From an uncultured delta proteobacterium (GTDB taxonomy: Bacteria > Desulfobacterota > Desulfobacteria > Desulfobacterales > Desulfatirhabdiaceae), in contig CAWBKP010000013.1 in assembly GCA_963789395.1 (NCBI GenBank), forward strand, positions 32,001 to 96,000: 64,000 nt of DNA. Direction: 5' to 3'. Position 1 is the stretch's first letter, and each line of letters starts with the position of its first letter. This document shows positions 1 through 9,947 of the stretch, piece after piece. The position numbers were made by a program, and so were the translations under genes. Below the pieces are notes generated by a model. It worked only from the letters and a program-made list of their open reading frames with translations. It was not told the origin of the DNA and did no database searches.

Positions 1-1324
1 TCCCTTGAGACTTCATCTGTTCTTTCGGCATAATCACATACCGGCCCGCTTCATCAATCTTGTACGGGATCCGGGAAGCCTGCTCCACGACCTTTGTACC
101 CGGCGCGGTCTTGAACCGGTCGTCAAAGATCGCCTCCCTTGCCTTTACAGATGCAAACGCCCGCTGGTTTTTATACCGTTTCCGGTCTGCCTCAGCATGT
201 GGAGGAAGCCCCCAGTGGATTCTTTCAACTGTGACGCCCAGTTCTTCAAGGATCAGAATAACCGTCCGGCCCGGACCGTCCGCATCAACCGCGACCGTGA
301 TCTTCGGGTATTTCACGATCTCCGCGTACATCTCCCGGGCAAAGGCCAACTCATCCGCGCCGAGGTACTCTTTCATCTCTACGACTTCGACAATGCGCTC
401 AGGACCAAACCCGGATACCTTTGCAAGCGTCCAGACAGATGAATCCCGGTGAACGCCTTCTGCAACATCTGCGGTCATCACCCACCCCCACGGCTGCTCA
501 TGGGTGACTTGGACAGCCTGAGCCTGCTGACACCAGCTTTTGGGGATCAGGAAACCGGACAGGTTATCCGGCAGCCGGCCCAAAACCTTGATCTGATACT
601 CAGGGGAATGGTGCCCGCCGTACTCTATCAGCTTGGTCCGGATGAACTTCTTGCTGACAATCGGACTGTCTTCCGCGTTCAGGTTAAAGGTCTTGTAAAG
701 CTCCTTTAACGATGAGAACGCTTCTGCAAAATGCCCTACCTGCCGCGTCGCCTGAGAGAACATGGCAAAGCGGTTTTCCTCAAAAGTCAGCGCCCCGCGT
801 AAAACCCCTATGATCTCATCCACAACGCCCGATGCTTCATCCACAATGCAGATGTAATATTTCCGGTGCTGACCAGCGACGTTTTCCGGCGCCGCCTTTG
901 AAGCCGTTTTGGGGATCGCATACCATGAATCCTTATGCCCCTTGACGTAATACCGCTTTGTTTCCTTGATAAACCATTGAGCCATCCACGGATAACGCCT
1001 ATTGACGTCTGCAATGACGGTATCCAGCTCCTTCCAGACGACGGAGCGGATCTGCTCGATATTGGTTGCCGTTATGATCGCGTTTGAATCATCGTAAGCC
1101 CGCAGGTGCCAGTCAAGTATCCAGGCTATCCCGTGGCTCTTTCCGGTCCCATGGCCCGAAGCTACAGCGACCTGACTACCCGGCTCCTGAATTGCCTGAA
1201 AAAGTTCATACTGCTGCCATGTTATCGGATACCGGCTCAGCTCAGACACATACCGGACAAGATTACCCCGGTATCTTTTGCAAAAGTCATGATATCGTTT
1301 GTCGGTCAGAAGATCGTGCTTCAA
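1..1324 (-). CDS. terL: Terminase large subunit, phage P1 PacB-like (3' end outside window)
   Basis: Not in ORF track because it has no stop in the window. Manual translation: LKHDLLTDKRYHDFCKRY...TWQQYE...ASGHGTGKS (Walker A)...AGQH..YYICIVDEASGV (Walker B)...GALT..NR...SPIVSKKFIRTKLIEYGG...WGWVMTADVAEG.HRDSSV (nuclease)...IHWG; motif order matches my recollection of P1 PacB. Confidence 0.9.
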   Translation of the reverse strand, partial: MKHDLLTDKRYHDFCKRYRGNLVRYVSELSRYPITWQQYELFQAIQEPGSQVAVASGHGTGKSHGIAWILDWHLRAYDDSNAIITATNIEQIRSVVWKELDTVIADVNRRYPWMAQWFIKETKRYYVKGHKDSWYAIPKTASKAAPENVAGQHRKYYICIVDEASGVVDEIIGVLRGALTFEENRFAMFSQATRQVGHFAEAFSSLKELYKTFNLNAEDSPIVSKKFIRTKLIEYGGHHSPEYQIKVLGRLPDNLSGFLIPKSWCQQAQAVQVTHEQPWGWVMTADVAEGVHRDSSVWTLAKVSGFGPERIVEVVEMKEYLGADELAFAREMYAEIVKYPKITVAVDADGPGRTVILILEELGVTVERIHWGLPPHAEADRKRYKNQRAFASVKAREAIFDDRFKTAPGTKVVEQASRIPYKIDEAGRYVIMPKEQMKSQG

Positions 1325-1466
1325 TGTTTGTCAAGGAATCCTTAAAAGTTGAAACCCGGCATCGGACCACCAGTCCGGGTAAACGCTGGCGAAAGGGGGA
1401 AACTTGCAAAAAACCCTGGTCCTGAACCCGTTGTCACACCACGGTGTACTTGGCAGTTCGGTTATC

Positions 1467-1814
1467 TTACCTGCCGAGGGTCTCATCCTCGGCCAGAAAA
1501 TCCATAGCGGCTTTCCATGCCCTGTATTTCCAGAATGTTTTCAGTCGCATGATCTTTTTTTTCTTAAGAAATCTGTCCTTACAGTCTTTGGCAGGGAAGA
1601 GTGAGTATTCACACTGCTGCCCCAACCAGCAGGGCTCTGCTTCACCGATTGACCTCAAAAAACCATCAGGCAGCCCGTACAGTGTAGCATCTTCAAAATC
1701 GGACCTTGACGTCAGCCCTGCTCTTAGACCTATGGCATCAATCTCATCAAAAGGATAAGCGTAAGCCTCGGAGTTTTTACTTATTTTTTTCTTTCTTGTT
1801 TTCCTTTTTCTCAT
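1467..1814 (-). CDS. Hypothetical phage protein
   Basis: 115-aa ORF overlapping the dUTPase stop by 4 nt, same strand as the operon. Confidence 0.55.
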   Translation of the reverse strand: MRKRKTRKKKISKNSEAYAYPFDEIDAIGLRAGLTSRSDFEDATLYGLPDGFLRSIGEAEPCWLGQQCEYSLFPAKDCKDRFLKKKKIMRLKTFWKYRAWKAAMDFLAEDETLGR

Positions 1815-2263
1815 TTTCCCGTGCTACCATACCCGTTCTCACCACGATCAGACTCGCCCAGTGTCTTTGCGTGGACAAGACGAACATCCGGGAGTTTTTG
1901 AATGACAAGCTGAGCGACTCTATCCCCACGGGCAATCACATAAGGCCCGGACCCGACACGGCTCAGAATCACTCCGATCTCTCCGCGATAACCGGCGTCG
2001 ATGGTCCCAACTCCGTTGACGACAAAGATCCCATGTTTTGAAGCCAGTCCGCTTCTGCCCCGCACCTGTGCCTCGTAACCGGGGGGAAGCTCGATAGATA
2101 TACCGGTCTTAACCAGTACGACCTCATGGGGCCAAACGCTGTATTGGTCATCTGCAAAAAGATCAAATCCGGCATCACCCGGGTGCTTTCGTTCAGGCAT
2201 CCGGTTTTGTTTCAAAGAGAGTTTGGTTTTGACTTTGATACCCGTCACCATCCATGACATCAA
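1811..2263 (-). CDS. dut: Trimeric dUTPase
   Basis: Motifs AGFDL, RSGLA, GTIDAGYRGEI, RVAQL, RGENGYGSTG. Confidence 0.97.
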   Translation of the reverse strand: MMSWMVTGIKVKTKLSLKQNRMPERKHPGDAGFDLFADDQYSVWPHEVVLVKTGISIELPPGYEAQVRGRSGLASKHGIFVVNGVGTIDAGYRGEIGVILSRVGSGPYVIARGDRVAQLVIQKLPDVRLVHAKTLGESDRGENGYGSTGK

Positions 2264-2451
2264 TCGTTGACATGCTTATTCCTTTTTGTCTTGTTCGTTG
2301 ATTTTGACATCTTCTTCATCAAAACAGCCTGATCGACCGCCATATACGCGGCGTGGAGTTTTGCAACGTCTCTCGGATGCTGATAGTGCCGGTAAGCAAG
2401 TGCCTCGACACTATCAGCTATTGCCTGGATTCCCGTTTCTTTTGGCGTCAT
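2260..2451 (-). CDS. Small hypothetical phage protein
   Basis: 4-nt start/stop overlaps with both neighbours. Confidence 0.5.
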   Translation of the reverse strand: MTPKETGIQAIADSVEALAYRHYQHPRDVAKLHAAYMAVDQAVLMKKMSKSTNKTKRNKHVND

Positions 2452-2675
2452 ATGAGTTTATCTACCAATTCATCAAAAGTGCCCGCACCGGCGATATTGT
2501 CGTAATACAGGTGCATGAATTGTTGTGGAGACAGCTTCCTGAGCTTCTCATACCGATCATGGCCAGCCTTCAATCGCCTGACCCTATCGGGAAGAAAAGC
2601 AACCGGTCTATCGTCACATTCGCCAGCGGCAGCACAGACGTCTCCAAGAATCGCCAAAAGTTCCAGGGTCGGCAT
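2448..2675 (-). CDS. Small hypothetical phage protein
   Basis: Tightly packed between HU and the next ORF. Confidence 0.55.
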   Translation of the reverse strand: MPTLELLAILGDVCAAAGECDDRPVAFLPDRVRRLKAGHDRYEKLRKLSPQQFMHLYYDNIAGAGTFDELVDKLI

Positions 2676-2677
2676 GT

Positions 2678-2932
2678 TTACAGCTCTCTCAGGCTTGAAG
2701 ACGCCTTAAATTTCAGAGTTGTTGATTCCGGCACTTCAACGGGTTCGCCGGTTTTGGGGTTCCGGCAGGTCCGGGCCTTTGTGGTCTTCCATTCAAAGGT
2801 CCCGAAGCCCTTGATGATGGTCTTATCCGCGTCAATGACTTTTTTGGTGATGGCGTCAAAGACATCCGATACCGTCTTTTTGGGCACTTCAAGTTCTTCC
2901 GCAATTTCTGCAATCATCTGTGTTTTTGTCAT
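2678..2932 (-). CDS. hup: HU/IHF-family DNA-bending protein
   Basis: MTKTQMIAEIAE...IKGFGTFE...ARTCRNPKTGEPVEVP...KFKAS; GGAG RBS upstream. Confidence 0.95.
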   Translation of the reverse strand: MTKTQMIAEIAEELEVPKKTVSDVFDAITKKVIDADKTIIKGFGTFEWKTTKARTCRNPKTGEPVEVPESTTLKFKASSSLREL

Positions 2933-3053
2933 GGTTTCTCTCCTTTGTTTGATTGCCGTCCGGTTTTTCAGACGGCGGTTGCATTAAGATATAGATCGCA
3001 ACAAGGACAAGAAGACATGCGAGCATGACTATCTGTGCCAGTGTTGGATCCAG

Positions 3054-3883
3054 TCAATCGGGGTCATCGTCATCATCTTTCCCCTTTTCCGGCACAAAAG
3101 ACTCCGCGCCGCTCAGTTCCTTTTTCATCTGGATCACTTCTTCCCGGCGTTCAGGAAGAAAACACTCGTATTGCCACTGAACCTGCTGCAACGTTTCAAG
3201 CGCCCTTTGATCCAACTCATCGGTGTCAGGCATTTCAAAATTATTGGCAATCACAACAGGCGGCGTCTTTGACAGCATGATCCTTAATGCCTCTGGAAGA
3301 TTCACGCCCATTTTTGAGATTTCAAGCGCTGCCTGGGTAACGTCATATTGCCTGTCTTGGAGTTTAGAGATAATCCCCTCGATCCCGGTCCGGTCCTTCA
3401 GCTCCGCGATAAACGGCATGATTTCCCGCATTAATCCGACAAGCACCCCCTCGGCCTGATAACAATCCTTGATATCTCGGACCGTCTCGATTTTGATCTT
3501 GTCGTTTCCATCCGCGTCTTTTTCGGACTGCTTTTTCTGGACTGATTCTATCCGGGAAAGAGAGCAGCACAGAATCTCAAGACCTTTGCATGGACCGCGA
3601 TAACCCGGTCAGAAGACACCTGCTTGACGATCTCGACAGCTTCATCGGGGGAAACATCATCAAAAACGCTTGGCTTTTTTCGTTCGTTCGTTCGTTCGTT
3701 TTTCGTTCGGATCGTCCGCTTGGCGCGCTTAGCTTTGATCCGATTAAAAGCCGCTCTAAGTGACGCCTCATTAATTCCGTGCTGCCGTGCGAACTCGGCA
3801 TAGGACGTATCGGGTGCCGTCTCACATAGTTTTTGATATACGTCATATAGGTAATTCCAGTTGTGTTTTGGCGCGGGTGGCAT
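3054..3883 (-). CDS. terS: Terminase small subunit, P1 PacA-like (one frameshift near 3580)
   Basis: N-terminal HTH (YAEFARQHGINEASLR) plus C-terminal part YDVTQAALEISKMGVNLP...DELDQRA...ERREEV, resembling PacA as recalled; ORFs 3548-3883 and 3054-3446 join if one C is restored. Confidence 0.7.
3679..3718. repeat. (CGTT)5 tandem tetramer plus degenerate copies inside terS; candidate pac-site element
   Basis: cgttcgttcgttcgttcgtt-ttt-cgttcggatcgtccg. Confidence 0.6.
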
Positions 3884-3884
3884 A

Positions 3885-4214
3885 GTCTGGCCTTCTTCTT
3901 CGCTTTGAAGATTTCTTCCTCGATTTCATGAGGCTCAAAATCAATTACAGAGTGGTCATCAATCATGGACTCGTATGTCTTCCAAATCAGTTGGCATTGA
4001 GGCATTTTCGCGTCCGTCTGATGGTTTCCTCATATTTTTCAGAGCTGGTGACATCTGAGTCCTCATGCCCGCAATCACGGCAGACTGGAGAGTCTTCAAA
4101 CGTCCTCCATGCCATACCGCATTGCTGGCAGAAGCGGACCCGCCGCACCAGGGACTGGTATTTCTGCGTGTGGATAATTAATGAATCATCGTTCGAGCAG
4201 AATTGGCAGATCAT
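3885..4214 (-). CDS. Tandem double NrdR/Ogr-like zinc-ribbon protein (frameshift near 4000; 3' end uncertain)
   Basis: CQFC...RRVRFCQQCGMAWRTFE then CRDC...RRTRKC/PQCQLIWKTYE. Confidence 0.65.
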
Positions 4215-4277
4215 CCAGGCTCCTTTTTGCTTGCATCCACTGTGGGTCTTCATCCAGGACATAGATCACCCCGAACT

Positions 4278-4445
4278 CTACAAGAACGATCCGGGGTGGT
4301 GGAGGGGGTGTCCAACACGGAATGGGGTCCTTGATGTATGATCCGCCAAGTCTTGAGGAAAGCAGGCACCGTAAGCGATGATGGCCAATATCGCCAGGAT
4401 GAGAATGGCCTTTCGCCGTTTAGCTTGTTTTCGCCTGGCTGCCAT
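4278..4445 (-). CDS. Small membrane-anchored hypothetical protein
   Basis: Basic N-terminus followed by hydrophobic AILILAILAIIAYG. Confidence 0.35.
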   Translation of the reverse strand: MAARRKQAKRRKAILILAILAIIAYGACFPQDLADHTSRTPFRVGHPLHHPGSFL

Positions 4446-4489
4446 TTCATGCCGCAACAGGGATCCGGCGCTGACATGTTGGTGTGATT

Positions 4490-5073
4490 TCATCCGTAAA
4501 TCCTGACAAGGTTGTTGTCCTGCAATGCCAGGTACGCTCCACACGAATCCGCGATATGTTCAAATGCGCCGCCCGGCCAGCACTCCCCGAGGAAGCTGTA
4601 TGTCAAAAGCTCTGAAACCTTTCCGGCCCGCTTGCCTTTTGTGACTTGGAAAGGCTTACATACTTTTTCGCCGCCATACAGCTCAGAGATTTTATCCATA
4701 ATCGCCTCTTTACCGGCGTCTTTCCTGCCACATACAGCCTTTTTGACTGCATCCGGGGTACACCATTCAGTCGGGAGCCCAAGGCACCCGCAGTCGTTGC
4801 GACTACCCCAATCGCAAGGCCGGCGCTTTTTGCCGCTGACGCGCTCTGTGATCCCGTTGGCATCTCTCCGATAACTCCCTTGACGTTGTACTTCTCCACG
4901 ATATCCCGGATCATACGAGAGGCTACAGCGCATCGGTGGGCGTTATCATCAAAGACGCGGGTGCTTTTCTTTTCGGTCTTTTCAGTTTGGATGACACCTG
5001 CCGCAACAGGACGCTTACCTTCCCAAACTGACCAGCCGATGTTTTTAAACGCGATGTCGAGTGAAATAAGCAT
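4490..5073 (-). CDS. RuvC-like Holliday junction resolvase (frameshift near 4790)
   Basis: LISLDIAFKNIGWSV...IGEMPTG...TPDAVKKAVCG.KDAGK...EHIADS. Confidence 0.8.
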
Positions 5074-5087
5074 TGGGTTCCTTTCGA

Positions 5088-5504
5088 TCAGAACGGGATG
5101 TCATCTTCAGCGGTCGATGGATTGTACTGCCCGGACCCCGCTTTCTGCCCGGCGCCAGCACCACCGCCTTCCCCTTTACTGCCGAGCATCTGCATGTCAT
5201 CGGCTATGATCTCAGTCATGTAACGCTTCTGGCCGTCCTGTTCCCATGACCGGGTTTGGATTTTGCCCTCGATGTAAACCTGAGCGCCTTTCTTCAAGTA
5301 CTGCCCGCATATCTCGGCCAGCTTCCGGTAAGCGACGATGTTATGCCATTCGGTTTTCTCTTTCTTTTCGCCGGTTGCCTTGTCCTTCCAGGTATCTGAG
5401 GTAGCCACTGAAAAATTGCAGACAGCATCCCCGCTTGTCATGTACTTCGTTTCCGGGTCTTTCCCTAACCGGCCTACGATGATCGCTTTGTTAATTCCTG
5501 CCAT
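5088..5504 (-). CDS. ssb: Single-stranded DNA-binding protein
   Basis: [15 protein letters not shown]...TEWHNIV...[12 protein letters not shown], acidic tail DDIPF. Confidence 0.98.
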   Translation of the reverse strand: MAGINKAIIVGRLGKDPETKYMTSGDAVCNFSVATSDTWKDKATGEKKEKTEWHNIVAYRKLAEICGQYLKKGAQVYIEGKIQTRSWEQDGQKRYMTEIIADDMQMLGSKGEGGGAGAGQKAGSGQYNPSTAEDDIPF

Positions 5505-5599
5505 TTTGCTTTTTCCTTTCCTGTCGTTTTGCTTTTGGTTATCTGCCGATCCCACCGGCAAGCAGTTTCAGCCTGGGGTTATCCCCGCATTCGATAGCC

Positions 5600-6058
5600 G
5601 GGTGTGGATCAAGTTTTTCGGTTGCCTGATACGCTTCGGAAAACTCCTTTGCCCACCACTTGTGTTCATCCTCGGTCATCGCGCAAACAGAAGGCCACGA
5701 CCATCTGGATGTCATCAGCCGCTTTGTGATCGGGTCAGAATAAACCGGTGTGCCCCATGACCCGACGTTACGGACCTGCTGTAGAATTTCAGATACCTGG
5801 ACCGTGGCCTTGTCGGGTGAAGATGCGGAGTTATCGCGCCCATACCTGTTATTGCCTCTATGAAATCAACCGGTTTCGGAAAGAATTTCAGATTTAAAAT
5901 CATGTGGTTAAAGGCTGCCTCACTGTTTCATCGCTGTATTTTTGAAGCGTGTTCCAGTACACTTCAGGGAGCCTGTAGAGCTGTCATCTGAGTATGTGAA
6001 GTTTTCAGCCAGACCGATCATCTAATGTCGAAAAATGTTCTACGTCTTGTGGTTTCAT
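5600..6058 (-). CDS. Phage replication-associated protein (helicase loader/inhibitor-like), frameshifted; end uncertain
   Basis: MKPQDVEHFST...KFFPKPVDFIEAI, directly downstream of the initiator. Confidence 0.3.
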
Positions 6059-7077
6059 ACCTGAACTGCCTCCTCGCTTCCATTTTTGCCCGCGTGGTTT
6101 CGATAAATCGATTGACACGCTGCGATATGATTGGCCTTGTCGTGCTGGTATCCTGCACTCGTTACAGGTAGAATCCCGGGATTATTTTGTGGCCCATTTG
6201 TCGGGCAACCCTCAATGTTCGCTTGTCGGACAGCAAGAAGTTGATCCGTTTTCGGGTCGCCGTTGGTGTTTTCCGTTTGGAGGCGTTTTGATGTTCCAAT
6301 GCCGAGTCTGTTTGAGTCGTTGCAGGACAACGCCCTGATTCCAGCGGCCCAACTGTCAATCATGGGCTGAGTTACTTAATTGATGCGTCCGTATTTTTTA
6401 GCAGTTAAGGTGAATGAATGAATAACCGGATAGTCGCGCACTAAGTTCGGTGCTTTTTCGGACTCGGTGCAAGTCTTTGTCTTTTTAGGTTCCTTTTCCT
6501 GTTCCTGTTCTCCTTTCTTTTCCCCTTGTTCTGGTTTTTTCGAGGCGCGAGGTTGAGGCTTCGCTCACGCGAGAGTACGCGTAGAATCTATCTTTTACTC
6601 TATTCTCCTCTACGCTATTCTGCGGATATCTACGAGCATCCTCACTGTCATTACCCGGTTGCGAGGGGGTATTCTACAGGTGATAACCCTCCTTTTCACT
6701 GTAGAAACTGAAAATTGATGGTTTTTCGGGTACTGAAACACGTCGGTTTTTGTACACGATAGACTTATTTCTGAAATTTTACGGCACACAAATTACCCGT
6801 TTTGACCACAACGCGTCAAGGCCTCGTGTAAAGAGGGTGTCGAGTGTTATCATTACGGAAACTATCGTAGGCGGGTTTTAGTCTGTAGAAACTCATGAAA
6901 GCGGCATTTCATCTTCAGGTCCGATATGGCCGTAGGCCGATCCTAATAGCTCTAACAGCTTGAACCAGAATGCATATCCGTCGTTCCCAGTATTTCTGTT
7001 CCAGAATAAACGTGGTGTTTTTGTGAACACAGTCATGTGGGAAAAAATCGACGGTTTGTTTCCGTGGCCATTGTCAT
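6055..7077 (-). CDS. DUF4373/Lin1244-type phage replication initiator, heavily frameshifted in this sequence
   Basis: Pieced reading ...KQTVDFFPHD...ILEQKY.GNDGYAFWFKLLELLG; K/E-rich linker; C-terminal TQPMIDSW...SKRKT segment; lambda-O position. Confidence 0.6.
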
Positions 7078-7093
7078 TGAAAACGTCCTTCCT

Positions 7094-7510
7094 TCATCTT
7101 GATAACAGCTTCCGCGTCTCAAAGAACCCGGCGAACCCTGGCTCGCGGTCCATCACCATCCGGGAATAATACGACGTGAATATATTGTTCAGTTTGTATT
7201 TTTCCCCTTGTGTCCGGATGGCATATTCCCATCTCATCCGCTCAAAAATGCCCTTCATTCCGAATTCGTGGACATTGGCCTGCTTGAGTCCTTTGCAGAT
7301 AGCGACGATGGCCTCATAGACGTGGGGATTTCTGGAATGGAAGCGGTTAAATCTTTGCTCGATGGTTTCTTTTTTGCGGACGCTTTCGGGCAGGTCTTTG
7401 GCGCCATCGTCGTTGAGTGGATGAATCAATGGCATTGAGAACACAAAGGGTTGCTGCCGTGTTGACGGGGGATTAGCTGATGTGACGATCATACTGGCTC
7501 CGCTGTCCAT
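7094..7510 (-). CDS. Hypothetical phage protein
   Basis: Clean 138-aa ORF (FHSRNPHVY...LNNIFTSYYSR...FFETR). Confidence 0.7.
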   Translation of the reverse strand: MDSGASMIVTSANPPSTRQQPFVFSMPLIHPLNDDGAKDLPESVRKKETIEQRFNRFHSRNPHVYEAIVAICKGLKQANVHEFGMKGIFERMRWEYAIRTQGEKYKLNNIFTSYYSRMVMDREPGFAGFFETRKLLSR

Positions 7511-7548
7511 AGCTGGACGTTATTGGACATTGTTTGTTTACCATCTGT

Positions 7549-7749
7549 TTACACATCGTTTGTTGCGGCCGCCTGTGGAACTGGTAGTATCTTCAACATG
7601 ATCGGCCACCTATCAATCTGCGAGGCTCCAAGATGGATACACGTTCTGATAACGTCAGCCTGTGTGCAATCATACTTGCTTGCCAGTTTTCCGATTTCAC
7701 GCGCCAGGGATTCATCGACTCTGATATTAAATGCTTGGTCATTTTTCAT
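7549..7749 (-). CDS. Ribbon-helix-helix (CopG-like) DNA-binding protein
   Basis: AFNIRVDESLAREIGKLASKYDCTQADVIR. Confidence 0.6.
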   Translation of the reverse strand: MKNDQAFNIRVDESLAREIGKLASKYDCTQADVIRTCIHLGASQIDRWPIMLKILPVPQAAATNDV

Positions 7750-7852
7750 TTTTGGGCCTCCTGACAGGGGGCAGTCTGAACATGGCATATATCGTCCTGT
7801 AAAATTATGTTGATGGTTACTATGGCCACAGGTTTAACCTTTGATTGCTTTT

Positions 7853-8095
7853 TTACGAAGGCGGCTCATCCCACGGATCAAACCCAAGGGCGTCAGATAT
7901 CGCGGACCGGATAGGCGGGGTGACAACACGATGTCCATTCAAAACAAGGGAAATGTAGGAGTAATGTATGTTTGCTTCTTTCGCTATCTGTGTGGCCGAG
8001 CGGCCAATCTGGTTCAGAAGGAAAGTGATGCACTTTCCTTTGGGAAAATACTGGATCATGTGGTCGTAAAGAGGTTTTAAATCTTCCATTGTCAA
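7853..8095 (-). CDS. XRE-type HTH protein
   Basis: SATQIAKEANIHYSYISLVLNG...AISDALG. Confidence 0.7.
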   Translation of the reverse strand: MTMEDLKPLYDHMIQYFPKGKCITFLLNQIGRSATQIAKEANIHYSYISLVLNGHRVVTPPIRSAISDALGFDPWDEPPS

Positions 8096-8121
8096 GCCTT
8101 TTACAAAATGATATGGGTTAT

Positions 8122-8355
8122 TTATGCGGCCTTGTTCTCATCCTTACCCTTTGATTCGTATAGCTCAGGGAACAACAGCTCATCCCTTGTCACATGGCCT
8201 CCAGTGGCTTTTTCGATGCGAAGGGCAAGTCGTGGGCTCGGGATTTCACTTCCCTAATATGAGTAGCGAGACCATGGGTTGTACCACATGAGATCGGCAT
8301 CGCAAAACTGAAACGGTCATTTTTTTATTTTTTAAAAATTCTTTTCAAGCTTCAT
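8122..8355 (-). CDS. cro: Cro/YdaS-like repressor (frameshifted)
   Basis: Pieced MKLE...QPMVS...PSPRLALRIEKATGGHVTRDELLFPELY...KAA*, divergent from CI. Confidence 0.75.
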
Positions 8356-8416
8356 GGCTATTAATCATTATAGAGCGGTATATTTATGTCAAGAAAAATA
8401 TACATGGTGGCATAAT
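8356..8416. promoter_or_regulatory. Divergent cro/cI promoter-operator region
   Basis: Minus-strand TTGACA at 8387-8392; plus-strand CATAAT 8411-8416; inverted repeat GTATATTT-N10-AAATATAC (8378-8403). Confidence 0.6.
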
Positions 8417-9137
8417 GGCATATTGAGAATGACAGAAATTAAAAGAAATTGGAGACGGTAAGCTGGGGCTTACACAGGTTAAGAACTTTCTGGAAAAAGT
8501 GGTGTCAGCCAATCACATATATCAAATTTTGAAAAGGTAAAAAAATGTCAAGGGGTATTCAAACACTTGATAATTTATTGAAAGTTAATTTGGATCAGCA
8601 ACTTTAATGAATTAATTCGGAACGAATAATAATAAAACCGCAGATCCAGTCTTAAAAATCGTTGTTAATTCCAAGGATGAAAAAGAAATTTTAAGCGGGT
8701 TTTCCGATGATTATCGTGGCATCCCCTTTATGAATCTGGCCGCCTGGCAGCCGGCGTAGATGGAGTTGAATTTGATCCATATGAAAGCACCGGCATCGAC
8801 CGTTATTGTTTACAAGCCAGAATTACAGGGAAGATCGCGGCATAGACTTGCTGCGATAAAAGTTGGCGGGACATCTATGGAGCCAACCGTCATCAAGGGA
8901 TCAATTGTGGTGGTGGATTTGTCGGACAAGGAGTGTTACGACAACAGGATATTTATCGTGAATACCCCGGAGGCCGGGCTGGATATGGCGGCAATCAAGC
9001 GGATTCAGCAGGTAAAAAATGGCTTTTTTCTATTAAGTGATAATCCGCATTTTAAGCCGGTTTTCACGGATATGGAGTGGTCCAGGCTCTGCGTTGGCAG
9101 GGCTGTTTGGATGTGGCGGGATATCAGCAATATTTAA
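8415..9137 (+). CDS. cI: CI-like repressor with S24 autoproteolytic domain (N-terminal HTH frameshifted; start approximate)
   Basis: VGGTSMEP...IKRI...LLSDNPHF...CVGRAVW (Ser/Lys dyad). Confidence 0.85.
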
Positions 9138-9339
9138 GAGCTGGTGATGGGACGAAAAAGGGATTCAGGTTTTAATCTAAAATAACCGATTGTTTAATAA
9201 GAATCTATACTCAGTTACGTATTGCGATGGTTGAGCAATACATAATAATGATAAGTATAGAATTTTATTTTTCGGAAAAATGAAGCTTTCAGCGGTTCAC
9301 GTCGTCGATTATATCAACCCATAAAAAGGAGGAATTGAA

Positions 9340-9903
9340 ATGCGTATTTTTGCAGTTATTTGTTTAGGATTACGCTATGCTTTTTTCGTCTTGCTCAATG
9401 GCTCCAAAGGTTTACGAACCATGAATATTCGAAACAAATTAAAAATGGAAACGGTTGCTCACTGGCAGTTGCTTGCAAAAAATGTAGTGTGAAATGACAA
9501 GTTCTACCATCTCTTCCATCAACCAGACTTGAACCGGGTTTACATTGATCATTCCGACACATCGGAATTTGGAAAAGCATTTTATGGTTATCTCATCACT
9601 GAACTGATGAATCATGGCGTAGTGCTTTCAGAAACCCCGGAAGAGGCCAATATTGTAAAGTGGGGTACGCAGCTTATCTGGAATGCAAAGGAGCCAGGAA
9701 CGCCCGGTGTAGTCATAGGGTTAATGGAATTCGTCGGAGCGGTATTGATTGGGTCACCCCCTCTATACCCACCTGACACGGTTGAGCTTATAGTGACAAC
9801 TCAGGTAAACAGGGATTACATGGTGCTGTCGCGGATGGCCCACAATTATTACATCAACGTAATCATCGAAATGGAATTTCTGGGTTGCAAAGAACGGAGA
9901 TAA
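9340..9903 (+). CDS. Accessory exported/lipoprotein-like hypothetical protein (frameshifted)
   Basis: AGGAGG RBS, hydrophobic N-terminus MRIFAVICLG, clean C-terminal ORF 9529-9903, AT-rich. Confidence 0.45.
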
Positions 9904-9947
9904 CTTCCGAAGAAGATAGCCTGAACAAACAAAATAACGCCCCACTT

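Noticed and set aside
5..1425. Plus-strand ORFs at the window start
   Set aside because: Antisense shadows of the terminase, which the ORF track missed for lack of a stop codon
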